A program made the position numbers and the translations under genes. From positions 96,001 through 160,000 of the forward strand of contig CANMWZ010000001.1 of NCBI GenBank assembly GCA_947501605.1: DNA of 64,000 nucleotides, written 5' to 3'. Positions 28,700-38,382 of this stretch are shown piece after piece. Origin of the DNA: Planctomycetota bacterium (GTDB lineage: Bacteria; Planctomycetota; UBA1135; UBA2386). The notes beneath the pieces were generated by a model. The model was given only the letters and a program-made list of their open reading frames with translations. It made no database searches and had not been told where the DNA came from. How positions within the stretch are numbered: position 1 is the first letter of the stretch; each line of letters starts with the position of its first letter.

Positions 28700-30134
28700 G
28701 GATCGAGAGGAAGTCCTGTTTGTCGGACTTGTTGTCGTTGGACTCAGGCGGCTTGGTCGGCTTCGCCGGTGCCGCACTCGGCGCCGGACGCGCCGCTGGC
28801 TTGCCGCCGCCGAACACCGAGTCGAGCGCCGTATGCGTCGCCCCGCGGTTCATGCGCAGCGGCGCTTCCTGCTTGTCCTTCTTGTCTTTGCCATCGCCGA
28901 GCATCGCGTCGAGCATGCCCTTGTGGGGCTTCTGGTCGTCGTTGGCATCCAGTGCCGCAAACGCCTCCTGCATCGATTGCTCCAGGCTGAGCTTGGTGCC
29001 ACCCGTAGGGTCCAGAGTCACAGCGCCGACGATGATGCCCTCACGAGCAAGGCGGACGAGGATCAGATAGACCTCGAACAGTGGCAGGCCCAGCACGGCA
29101 ACGAGGCCCTTGGGCGACATGGTGCCGTTGACCTGCGACAACAACTTGATCTCGAGCACATCGAGTGCGACGTCCCCCATGCGCGCGAACATGTCCTCGC
29201 TCGGCTCCACCGGCTTCGCCGCGTCGGGGAACATCTTGCGCATGCTGCGCCAGTCGTCGACTCGCTTGCTGCCTTCGAGCAACACGGAGGTTATGCCGAT
29301 GCGCATGTCGTGCTCGTCGGCGAAGGCGGGAAGCTTGTCTTGGCGACGGTAGTAGAACACCACCGGCCCGTCCTCGATCAAGAACTCGTAGAGAGCCTCG
29401 CGCCCGAACAGCCGCAGCATCTCGCGCAGTTCGTCTTTGCGGAAGTGCCCCGAATCGAACAGCGCCAGTACGATCGGACGACCCGAGCGCGTTCGCTCCG
29501 CTTCTGCGACCTCGACCGCCGCCGCCGGCAACTCGCGCTGATGCAACGAATCGCTCGCTGGGATGACGCGCCGCGTCAGATGATGCGGGTCGAGGTAGAC
29601 GATGCGGCCGTCCCGCATGTAGATGTCGAGCCGGTTGTCGGCCTTCTCCAGCGACAGGCAACCGCAGTGCTTGCCAGCAGCGAGCATCTGCAGCACTTCC
29701 TCGAGCGACAAGAAGTCCGTGCGGCTCGCGAAGTTGAAGTCTTGGTTGCCGTGGCTCGATCGCAACAGCACCTGGTCGAACGCACGCGACAGCTCGGTCA
29801 GCGTCGCCATCGAGTAGAGCGAGCCCATCACCCACTCGGCCGCGCGCTGCGGCACGCGAGCAGGATCGCTGGCGGCGAACTCGTGCATCGCTTGGCGCAC
29901 ACTGGAGAACAACAACTCCATCACCAAGTCGCGCGTGTCGGTCTTGCTGCCTTCCATGCGACGCTTGCGTTCGACAAGGTCCTGGACGCGCTTCAGCATC
30001 GACGCGAGCGCTGCTTCTGAGCGTTCGCGATCCTGTGCGACCAACGCCTCGACGGCGCTGCCGACATGGGACTTCAGCTCCTCGCCGAGTCCCCGTGCGT
30101 CCAAGTTGTCGCGCTCCACGGCAATATCCGACAC
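28671..30134 (-). CDS. DUF4388-domain protein
   Basis: FLSLEEVLQML...GCLSL...IYMRDGRIV, and VLLEGSKRVDDW followed by a winged-helix-like segment. Confidence 0.78.
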   Translation of the reverse strand: MSDIAVERDNLDARGLGEELKSHVGSAVEALVAQDRERSEAALASMLKRVQDLVERKRRMEGSKTDTRDLVMELLFSSVRQAMHEFAASDPARVPQRAAEWVMGSLYSMATLTELSRAFDQVLLRSSHGNQDFNFASRTDFLSLEEVLQMLAAGKHCGCLSLEKADNRLDIYMRDGRIVYLDPHHLTRRVIPASDSLHQRELPAAAVEVAEAERTRSGRPIVLALFDSGHFRKDELREMLRLFGREALYEFLIEDGPVVFYYRRQDKLPAFADEHDMRIGITSVLLEGSKRVDDWRSMRKMFPDAAKPVEPSEDMFARMGDVALDVLEIKLLSQVNGTMSPKGLVAVLGLPLFEVYLILVRLAREGIIVGAVTLDPTGGTKLSLEQSMQEAFAALDANDDQKPHKGMLDAMLGDGKDKKDKQEAPLRMNRGATHTALDSVFGGGKPAARPAPSAAPAKPTKPPESNDNKSDKQDFLSILKRSRPDQE

Positions 30135-30208
30135 ATCTTCGGCTTTGCGCTGGCACCGGCTTGACGTCGCACTTCCGCACAGAGACCGCGACCGTCTATG
30201 GTAGGTCG

Positions 30209-31165
30209 ATGCTCGCTCGTTCCACGACCTGGCTCTGGCTCGCGCTCCCCGCGGTCGGCATGGCGGAGCCGCCATGCCAGGGGCAGTTCGCCGACCCTGC
30301 CGCGTGCGCGCAGTGCCACCGCGCCGTGCACAACGAGTGGCAAGCAAGCGCACACGCGCGCGCCTTCGTCGACCCTGTGTTTGTGCGCGCAATGCAGAAT
30401 CGCAGCAAGCCGGAGCGCTGCGTTCCGTGCCATGCACCGGCCACTGTGCTCGATCGATTGGGGCAGATGCCGCACGCGCGGGCCGAGAACCGCGAGCACG
30501 GCGTGGACTGCAGGAGCTGCCATAGCCGAGGCGAAGTCATCCACGGTCCGAGTGGCGGCGACACAGCTGCGCACCAGACCGTGAAGGACCCGACGTTCAC
30601 GACTGCCGGGAGCACCGCTCTCTGCAGCAGTTGCCACGACCTCCGCATCGCCGATGTCCTGCCCCTGGCTCGAGAGTTCCGCGCCGCACAGGAAGCGACC
30701 GCTGGCGACGAGAGCTGCATCGGATGCCATATGGAGTCAGTACAGCGGCCGGTAGCCAACGAACCAGATGCGGCGACACCGGCGGGTCCTGTGCGCGCAG
30801 GCCGCAGTCACCGACTGCTGGGCCCCGATGACGCGGCCTTCTGCGCTACCGCCTTCGAGTTCCGGCTTGCCGAGGACGGCGACCGCCGCCGACTCATCCT
30901 CAACTGCGGTGCCGGTCATGGCGTGCCCGGACTCGCTCGCTTGCGCAGCTTTACGATTCGTCTCCGGATGCTCGATCGCAATGGCGCGGCATTGCACGCA
31001 GCTTCCACGACAATCTCATGGCAGAACCGCCTGCTGGTCGACGAAGAGCGACGGTGGGATCTGCCGCCTCGCGCCGGTGCAGTTGCATTGCGCGTCGAAG
31101 TGGACCACATCTTCGCCGATCGCAAACCGACGCCGATCCTCGACCGGACCTGGGAGCTGCAGTGA
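30209..31165 (+). CDS. Exported multiheme (5 x CxxCH) c-type cytochrome
   Basis: Signal peptide; CAQCH, CVPCH, CRSCH, CSSCH, CIGCH; EWQASAHARA as in cytochrome c554-like multiheme proteins. Confidence 0.88.
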   Translation: MLARSTTWLWLALPAVGMAEPPCQGQFADPAACAQCHRAVHNEWQASAHARAFVDPVFVRAMQNRSKPERCVPCHAPATVLDRLGQMPHARAENREHGVDCRSCHSRGEVIHGPSGGDTAAHQTVKDPTFTTAGSTALCSSCHDLRIADVLPLAREFRAAQEATAGDESCIGCHMESVQRPVANEPDAATPAGPVRAGRSHRLLGPDDAAFCATAFEFRLAEDGDRRRLILNCGAGHGVPGLARLRSFTIRLRMLDRNGAALHAASTTISWQNRLLVDEERRWDLPPRAGAVALRVEVDHIFADRKPTPILDRTWELQ

Positions 31166-32130
31166 CCGACAAGACAACCACGCCACTGCAGGAAGCTCAG
31201 GCGACGCTGGCAGAGCTGGGCCTGAAGGAATCGCCACGCCGCCACAACCTGCAATCGAGCCACAGCTCGTCGGTCCCGCTCGCCTGCGAGGGCAAGGACG
31301 GCCGCACCTTCCTGTTGAAGTGGTTCTTGCCGCAGAAGCTCCATCACATCTATCCAGCTGGCGCGAGGCCTGAGGACTTCGCCCGACGTGAGGCTGGGTT
31401 CTACCGACTGCTCGACAGCATCGACCCGGATCGGCGCGACCTCCCAACACCTCGGACGATTCTGGTCGGTCCCGGCGATCCTCCGCGTTGGCTGCTGCTC
31501 GAATGGTTGCAAGGCGCACCGGGCCCCGCCGAAGAGGTGCTGCTGCAAGACCACGTGCTGGAACTGCTGCGTCGGCTTCAATCGGTGCCCACCGATCGAC
31601 TGTTGGGTCGCCGTGACTTCCCGCTGAACCACTGGGATCCCATCGGGTATCTCGAACGGATCCGATTGATGTACGACGCCGTGCTCAACGTGCTCGGGGA
31701 ACCGCGCTGGCGCCATCTGTTGAAGTTCTTCGACGAAGCCGTCCGCTGGCTCGACGGCCGCAAGCCGGTGCTCGTTCATGGCGACTTCGTCGAGGCGAAC
31801 ATCGTCGTCGATACCAACGACCGCCCGCACTTGCTCGATTTCGAACGCGTCGGCATGGGCAACAGCGACCACGACTTTGCGACCTTCTGGATCCACAGCA
31901 CGCGCTCCCACGAGTGGAAGAAGAGCCTCTTGATGCGCTGGCTCGGCAACGGTGTCGGCGGCGATCGCATTCGCAGCGAGTGGGGCATCCGGACGGCCCT
32001 GGCCCTCCTTGCGGTGCAGCGCTTGCGCTGGGGCTTCCTGACTTACGGCGATGAGGACCAGAGGGTCAGTGCGAATCTCGCACTGCTCGATGCCGCGATT
32101 GAGGGCGGGAAGGACCTGTTCCCACGCTGA
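31162..32130 (+). CDS. Aminoglycoside phosphotransferase / choline kinase-like protein
   Basis: FLLKW, LLLEWL, LVHGDF..ANI, LLDFE; GTGA overlap with the cytochrome gene. Confidence 0.82.
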   Translation: MTDKTTTPLQEAQATLAELGLKESPRRHNLQSSHSSSVPLACEGKDGRTFLLKWFLPQKLHHIYPAGARPEDFARREAGFYRLLDSIDPDRRDLPTPRTILVGPGDPPRWLLLEWLQGAPGPAEEVLLQDHVLELLRRLQSVPTDRLLGRRDFPLNHWDPIGYLERIRLMYDAVLNVLGEPRWRHLLKFFDEAVRWLDGRKPVLVHGDFVEANIVVDTNDRPHLLDFERVGMGNSDHDFATFWIHSTRSHEWKKSLLMRWLGNGVGGDRIRSEWGIRTALALLAVQRLRWGFLTYGDEDQRVSANLALLDAAIEGGKDLFPR

Positions 32131-32458
32131 ACGACAGGGCTCGCTCGCGGATCGTCTCGACACCCATTGGCGCCAGCCCCAGAGCCAACCTGCAACGGCA
32201 TTGGCGCGAACCCATCCGGCAACCAAGGCCGCGCAAGCCGGCACTCCGCCCCTTCGCTGCGAGGTGTGAACGGACGTTGGCGGCCCAACTGCAGGTTGAT
32301 GAAATTCCGCCGCCAGCCTGCGGCAGCTAGTGCCGCACCGATGCGGCAGCGGCTGCAAGAACGAGAAGTGGGCACTCGTAAGTCCTTGCTGGCAAACGCC
32401 AGACGCGATCAGCCTCAACTCGCACCACGGTTGGCACGGACCTTTCTAAGGAGGTCGC

Positions 32459-33121
32459 ATGGCCTGCCTCGACCCAATGCCGCTCGCTATGTCCCCGCGA
32501 GCGCTTCGCACGTCCGACCCCGTCGCCGACGAGCAGGCCATCGAGTTGCTGCGCATCGGCCTCGCCGAGCAGGCGATGCAGAGCATCCAGGACCGCTACG
32601 GGCTCCGACTGTTCCAGTTCGTCCGAGGCTTGGTCCGCGAGCCGCACCTCGCGCAGGACATCGTCCAGGAGGTGCTGGAGAGGGTGCTGCGGAAGCACCG
32701 TCTCTACCAACCCGGCACGAACTTCCGCGCCTGGCTATTCGAGATCGCGCGCAACCAAGCTCTGTCGGCGCTGCGCGCGCAACGACGCTTGCCACGCCCG
32801 ATCAGCAGCCTCTCTCGCGAGGACCATGACCACCACGGCAGCCTGCTCGACCTCGTCGAAGCTAGGCCTGCGGACCGAGCGCTCGAAGAAGCGGAACTGA
32901 TGACCGCGTTCGCCACGGCCGTCGACGAACTCCCGGAGCGCTACCGCGCGGTGTTCAATCTGTGCGTCCGACAGGGTCGCCCCTATCAGGAAGCGGCGGA
33001 CCTGCTGCGGTTGCCGACTGGCACGGTGGCAATCCGCATCATGCGCGCCCGCAAGCGCCTGTTCGGCTCGCTCGAACACCACCTCGACCGGATGCGCCGT
33101 CCGCCTGCCTGCTTTCAGTGA
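32459..33121 (+). CDS. ECF RNA polymerase sigma factor
   Basis: AAGGAGG RBS; AQDIVQEV, FRAWLFEIARN, LPERYR, YQEAA...GTV..RIMRAR. Confidence 0.92.
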   Translation: MACLDPMPLAMSPRALRTSDPVADEQAIELLRIGLAEQAMQSIQDRYGLRLFQFVRGLVREPHLAQDIVQEVLERVLRKHRLYQPGTNFRAWLFEIARNQALSALRAQRRLPRPISSLSREDHDHHGSLLDLVEARPADRALEEAELMTAFATAVDELPERYRAVFNLCVRQGRPYQEAADLLRLPTGTVAIRIMRARKRLFGSLEHHLDRMRRPPACFQ

Positions 33122-33172
33122 CTGCAGGCGAACGCAACGTGCGGCACGGAGCGCGGTCCGACAGCGACCGGG

Positions 33173-35068
33173 TCAACGCGGCGCCAACAACGCCTCGGCG
33201 GCCACCACACCGAACGACGGCCAGTCGGCGCGCCGCGCCACGCCCTCAAGGCTGCGGCGGGCTGCCGCGGCACTCGGCTCCACCAAAAGTGATTCGATAC
33301 CTGCGCGCATGAGCTCGAAGTGAGCGACGCCAAAGTCGAGCGCTGCGGACCATTGCTGCCGATCGGCGACCAAGCCCTCATTCCAGGTCGCGCCGCTGTA
33401 GAGACGGCAGAGCCGCAGATAGTCGACGTTCTCGACCACCAAAGGGGCCTTCGGGATGGCCGCAAGGAAAGCCGCCGCCTCCCCCGCCCGATTCTGTTGC
33501 GCCAACGCACACCACAACCAGTGCGTCGCCGCGACGCGGGATTCGTCGTTCTGCGACACCAGCAGACAGTCGCGAAAGGCCGCCTCGGCAGCAGGGAAGT
33601 CGCGCAAGCAGAAGCAGGCGATCCCGAGGTGGTAGTGGATGTTGTACTGCAGTGTGCTGTGCGGCGGTCGGCCCGCGACTGGCTGGCCATCGGGCTCGAC
33701 CTCCAGATCCTTGCCGGCGACGGCGGCCGCCGCCCGCTGAAGGTCACTGCGCGCCGAGTCGAAATCGCGCAAGGTCAGGTGGCGGTGGCCGCGGTGGCGC
33801 AGCAGGTGCGGCTCGTCGGCAAACTGCAGTAGGCCGGCAGAGTAGTTCGCTACGGCATCGCGGAAGTAACCGAGGTAGCCAAGTCGACGGCCCACCCACA
33901 GGATGGCGGCGAGACTGTCCGGCGCCTGTTGCAATGCCGCCATGGCGGCGTCGAGATCGCTCTCGCGCTGCCGGCGCGCATCCTCGATCAACGACGGACG
34001 AAGCAACGGCCGACCGTCCAGGGCGAACGCTTCGGGCCACGCGACTTCGACGGAGCGCAGCGTGCGCTGCTCATCGGCGATCATCAAGAACGCCGCGACA
34101 TCGGGCTCGCCACAGGACGAGAGCACCGCGGCAGCGCGCTCGGGACCGACGACCATCAACGCAGTGCCAAGGCCGTCCGCGAGGGCGCACGACCGCGCCA
34201 GCACCGTGGCGCTGACGATGCCGTGCGTCGGATTCTCGGCCGTGCGCGGATCGAAGACATGCGTGACGACGCGACCGTCCTGGATGGCGAAGTTGCGGTA
34301 ATCGCCGCTGGTGCACAGGGCGCGATCTGCGACTGGCACAGAGACTCTCGACCCTTCCGCTCCGACCGTCGCGTGCTCCGGATCGACGACGCCGATGCGC
34401 CACGGTTTCTGATCCGGACGAACGCCACGGCAGAGCACTTCGCCGGTGATCTCGAGCATGAAGTTGCGGACGCCCAGACTGTCGAGTTCATCGCGCAGTC
34501 CGTCGGCAGCGAGACCTGCCACGAGCCCATCGAGGTCGATCGCCAGATCGACGCGCGTCTTGCGCAGCGATTCGCCGTCGATCTGCAGTGCGCCATGCCC
34601 AACGCGAGCGTGCGCCGCGGCCTGAGCTTCTCGTGTCGGCGCCATCCCTGACTGCTTCATTCCCCGATACAGCTCGCTCAGAGGATGCACCGTGGGATCG
34701 AACGCGCCGTCGGTGCACTTGGCGAGTTGCAGCGCGATCGCAACTCCCCGCCGCAACATCGCACTGGCGACAAACGGCTCGGTGCTCCGGTGCATGTTGA
34801 ACCGCGCGATCTCGCTGTCGGTTCGCCAGTTGCTGAACGTGACGTCGACCTGGTCGAGCAACCGCTCGACCGCGGCCTTGACCAACGCCGGGCTATCGCC
34901 GCCGTGCCACTTCAGCACGTAGGCAGAGCCCATGGTCGGGCCACGCAACTCGTGCAGCACCAAAGGCCCGGCGGCGACGTCGTCGCCACCGCACGCGGCC
35001 AATAGCAGCGCGCCCAGTCCAAGGCCACTGCGAGAGCGGCCGCCCGGTCGAAGCCCGGTGCGAATCAC
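33173..35068 (-). CDS. apbE: FAD:protein FMN transferase ApbE with C-terminal TPR extension
   Basis: Lipobox LAAC, TMGS, GAFDPTV, TSGDYRN, ADGLGTAL; about 270 extra TPR-like residues. Confidence 0.88.
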   Translation of the reverse strand: MIRTGLRPGGRSRSGLGLGALLLAACGGDDVAAGPLVLHELRGPTMGSAYVLKWHGGDSPALVKAAVERLLDQVDVTFSNWRTDSEIARFNMHRSTEPFVASAMLRRGVAIALQLAKCTDGAFDPTVHPLSELYRGMKQSGMAPTREAQAAAHARVGHGALQIDGESLRKTRVDLAIDLDGLVAGLAADGLRDELDSLGVRNFMLEITGEVLCRGVRPDQKPWRIGVVDPEHATVGAEGSRVSVPVADRALCTSGDYRNFAIQDGRVVTHVFDPRTAENPTHGIVSATVLARSCALADGLGTALMVVGPERAAAVLSSCGEPDVAAFLMIADEQRTLRSVEVAWPEAFALDGRPLLRPSLIEDARRQRESDLDAAMAALQQAPDSLAAILWVGRRLGYLGYFRDAVANYSAGLLQFADEPHLLRHRGHRHLTLRDFDSARSDLQRAAAAVAGKDLEVEPDGQPVAGRPPHSTLQYNIHYHLGIACFCLRDFPAAEAAFRDCLLVSQNDESRVAATHWLWCALAQQNRAGEAAAFLAAIPKAPLVVENVDYLRLCRLYSGATWNEGLVADRQQWSAALDFGVAHFELMRAGIESLLVEPSAAAARRSLEGVARRADWPSFGVVAAEALLAPR

Positions 35069-36294
35069 CCGCCGAAGTCGTCGAACGCGATCATGTTCTT
35101 CTCGACGCCCAGGTCGTCGAGCATCTTGAACACGGCGCTGTTCATCATCGGTGGTCCGCAGAGATAGAACTCGATCTCGTCGGTGTTCTCGTGGTTCTTG
35201 AGGTAGTTCTCGAAGGCCACTTGGTGGATGAACCCCTTGAAGCCGGTCCAGTTGTCTTCCGGCTGCGGCTCGCTCAGAGCGACGTGGTAATTGAAGTTCG
35301 GGAAGCGCTTTTCGATCGCCTCGAACTCCTCGGTGTAGAACATCTCGCGCTTGCTGCGGGCGCCGTACCAGTAGCTGACCCTGCGGGTCGTCTTCTCGGT
35401 GTGGAAGAGATGGAAGATGTGGCTGCGCAACGGCGCCATGCCAGCTCCACCACCGATGTAGATCATCTCGCGCTGCGTGTCCTTGATGTGGAACTCGCCG
35501 TAAGGACCGGAGATGGTGATCTTGTCGCCCTTCTTCAGCGAGAAGACGTAGGACGAGCAGATACCTGGCGGCAGTTCCATCCGCTTGGGTGGCGGCGTGG
35601 CAATGCGGATGTTGAGCATCACCATGTTGCCTTCAGCCGGATGATTGGCCATCGAGTAGGCGCGGAACATCGGCTCCGGGTTGTTGGCGACGAGGTCCCA
35701 GAACTTGAACCGGTCCCAATCGCCGCGGAAACGCTCGGCGACGTCGAAGTCCTTGAACTTCAGCCCCTGATAGGCGGGCACGTCGATCTGGATGTAGCCG
35801 CCGGACTGGAAGCCGATCACCTCGCCCGCAGGCAGCGCGACCTTCAGTTCCTTGATGAAGGTGGCGACGTTGTCGTTGCTGGTGACCGTGCATTCCCACT
35901 TGCGAATGCCAAACACCTCGTCGGGCACACGGATCTTCATCGGTGCGCGCACCTTCACCTGGCACGCGAGGCGCCAGTGATCCTTGGCCGCGCTGCGAGT
36001 GATATGCGTGCGCTCGCTCGGCAGAATCTCGCCGCCGCCCTCGAAGATCTGGCACTTGCACATCGCACACGAGCCCTTGCCGCCGCAGGCCGACGGCAAG
36101 AACAACTTCTGCTGCGACAGCGCCATCAGCAGGTTGGTGCCGACCTCGACCTCGGGCGAGCGACTCGCATCGTCGTTGATCAGCAGCTTGACCTTGCCCT
36201 TACGGACGAGCTTCTTCTCGCAGAACATCAGCACGACCACCAGGAGCACGATGACTCCCGTGAGCGCCGCAACACCGATGAGAACGGTAGACAT
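35065..36294 (-). CDS. nqrF: Na+-translocating NADH:quinone reductase subunit F
   Basis: SACGGKGSCAMC, RLACQV, RAYSMAN, GGGAGMAP, CGPPMM, DDFGG. Confidence 0.97.
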   Translation of the reverse strand: MSTVLIGVAALTGVIVLLVVVLMFCEKKLVRKGKVKLLINDDASRSPEVEVGTNLLMALSQQKLFLPSACGGKGSCAMCKCQIFEGGGEILPSERTHITRSAAKDHWRLACQVKVRAPMKIRVPDEVFGIRKWECTVTSNDNVATFIKELKVALPAGEVIGFQSGGYIQIDVPAYQGLKFKDFDVAERFRGDWDRFKFWDLVANNPEPMFRAYSMANHPAEGNMVMLNIRIATPPPKRMELPPGICSSYVFSLKKGDKITISGPYGEFHIKDTQREMIYIGGGAGMAPLRSHIFHLFHTEKTTRRVSYWYGARSKREMFYTEEFEAIEKRFPNFNYHVALSEPQPEDNWTGFKGFIHQVAFENYLKNHENTDEIEFYLCGPPMMNSAVFKMLDDLGVEKNMIAFDDFGG

Positions 36295-36297
36295 GGC

Positions 36298-36942
36298 TCA
36301 GATACCGCTGAAGGTCATGAAGGCCATCGCCACGAGCCCCGTGGTGATGAACGTGATCCCCAGCCCCTTCAACGGTGCTGGGATGTTGGCCGTGCGCATG
36401 CGCCAGCGAATCGCGGCCATGCTGACAATCGCGAGCGCCCAGCCGGCGCCCGAACCGAAACCGTAGGTCACGGCCTGCGCGAAGTCGTACTTGCGCTCGA
36501 CCATGAACAGCGATCCGCCGAGGATCGCGCAGTTGACGGCGATCAACGGCAGGAAGATGCCGAGCGCGGCGTAGAGCTTGGGGCTGAACTTGTCGACCGC
36601 CATCTCGACGACCTGGGTCACGGCAGCAATGCTGGCGATGAAGGTCAGGAACTGGAGGTAGCCGAGGTCGCTGTCGGGGAACCCGGCCCAAGCCAGCGCC
36701 CCTTCGCTGAGCACGTAGGTCTGCAGCACCCAGTTCATCGGCACTGTCAGCACTTGCACGAAGATAACTGCGATCCCGAGCCCGATCGCCGAGTCGACTC
36801 GCTTGCTGACCGCGAGATAGCTGCACATCCCGAGGAAGAACGACAGCAGGATGTTCTCGACGAAGACCGAGCGCAGCAGCACGCTCGACAGGGACTCATC
36901 GCTAACGAGAGCATCCGCGCAGAAGGCAAGCATCGCGATCAT
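36298..36942 (-). CDS. nqrE: NQR subunit E
   Basis: FLGMC, LGIFLPLIAVNCAILG, GLGITFI. Confidence 0.96.
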   Translation of the reverse strand: MIAMLAFCADALVSDESLSSVLLRSVFVENILLSFFLGMCSYLAVSKRVDSAIGLGIAVIFVQVLTVPMNWVLQTYVLSEGALAWAGFPDSDLGYLQFLTFIASIAAVTQVVEMAVDKFSPKLYAALGIFLPLIAVNCAILGGSLFMVERKYDFAQAVTYGFGSGAGWALAIVSMAAIRWRMRTANIPAPLKGLGITFITTGLVAMAFMTFSGI

Positions 36943-36945
36943 CGT

Positions 36946-37605
36946 TCACTTCTCCGAGTAGCCCGAGATGGAGCGCTGGACCCAGACGATGACACCGAGC
37001 AGCAAGAACGCGCCCGGGGCCAGCACCATGAGACCGTTATTGACGTAACCCGCCTCGTACATCGATTGCGGCACCACCTGCATGCCGAGCAGCTTGCCCG
37101 AACCAAAGATCTCGCGGACCGAGCCGACAAGGGCGAGGATCCACAGGTATCCGAGTCCATTGCCGATGCCGTCGAGGAACGAGCGCCAAGGCGGGTTGCC
37201 CATCGCGTAGGCCTCGAGGCGCCCCATCACGATGCAGTTGGTGATGATCAGCCCGACGAAGACCGACAGCTGCTTGCTGAGGTCGAACATGTAGGCGCGC
37301 AGGAACTGATCGAAGACGATCACCACGCCCGACACGATCACCAGCTGGACGATGATGCGGATCTTGTTGGGGATGAAGTTGCGGATGCAACTGATCATCA
37401 CGTTGCTGAGCGCAGTCACCAGCGTCACGCCGATGCCCATGACGAGTGCCTTGTCGAGGCGCGTGGTCACGGCCAGCGAACTGCAGATACCGAGGATCTG
37501 AAAGGCAATGGGATTGCTGTCCCAGAGCGGATCCTTGATGACCTTGAGCTCCTCCTTGCCGAACAAGGAGCGCTTCTTGACTGGCGCGATAGAGGTTGCC
37601 GTCAT
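36946..37605 (-). CDS. nqrD: NQR subunit D
   Basis: [28 protein letters not shown]. Confidence 0.96.
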   Translation of the reverse strand: MTATSIAPVKKRSLFGKEELKVIKDPLWDSNPIAFQILGICSSLAVTTRLDKALVMGIGVTLVTALSNVMISCIRNFIPNKIRIIVQLVIVSGVVIVFDQFLRAYMFDLSKQLSVFVGLIITNCIVMGRLEAYAMGNPPWRSFLDGIGNGLGYLWILALVGSVREIFGSGKLLGMQVVPQSMYEAGYVNNGLMVLAPGAFLLLGVIVWVQRSISGYSEK

Positions 37606-37626
37606 GGTTGTTTCCGTTGGGGATGC

Positions 37627-38382
37627 CTACTTGCGCAGCGAGGCGAGGTAGCTCTCGAACGCCGAAAGATCTGCCTTCACGAAGTTGGTGATGCCATTGC
37701 TGGTGATGGTCGCACCTGAGAGGCCGTCGACCTTGTGAGCCTTGTCGGCAGCAATGACGGGGTCGACCTTGCCCTTCTTGACAACGATGCCGACCAGCTT
37801 CTTCTGCTCGTCAAGGATCGACTTGCCCTTCCACTGCGCGCACCAAACGGGGTTCTCACACTCGCCGCCGAGACCTGGGGTCTCGCCGTGCTTGTAAAAC
37901 GTCACGCCGCGAACGTGCTCTAGGTCGCCTTCGAGGGCAAGGTAGCCGTAGATCGTGCTCCAGAGGCCCTTGCCCGAGATGGGCAGCACAACGGACTCGA
38001 GCTTGCCGGTCGCATCCGTGGTCAAGGCGGCGACGCGGTAGCGCGAGGCCGCCGACTTGTCGCCCTTCTCGGCAGCGGCAGCTTCCTTGTTGAGCTGCGT
38101 CGCTTCCTTCTGGGTCTTGCCCTGCAAGACCTCGCCGCTCTTGGTGTTGACGACGACTTCCTTGACGCGCTCGACGTAGAGCTTCTTCAGCTCCTCGATC
38201 GGACGCGTGTCGCCGTCGACCACCAAACCAGCCGCCATCATCACGTTCTTCTGGCGGTCGAACTCGGCAGCCTCGTCTTGGGTTGGCTTCAAGGCGTTGT
38301 TCGTCATCGCCAGCGCCGCACTGATGATTACGCACACACCGATGGCGAACCCCATCACGTAGCCATTGCTGCTGGTGTTCAT
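37627..38382 (-). CDS. nqrC: NQR subunit C
   Basis: GKGLWS, HGETPGLG, FMN-attachment motif DGLSGATITS. Confidence 0.95.
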   Translation of the reverse strand: MNTSSNGYVMGFAIGVCVIISAALAMTNNALKPTQDEAAEFDRQKNVMMAAGLVVDGDTRPIEELKKLYVERVKEVVVNTKSGEVLQGKTQKEATQLNKEAAAAEKGDKSAASRYRVAALTTDATGKLESVVLPISGKGLWSTIYGYLALEGDLEHVRGVTFYKHGETPGLGGECENPVWCAQWKGKSILDEQKKLVGIVVKKGKVDPVIAADKAHKVDGLSGATITSNGITNFVKADLSAFESYLASLRK

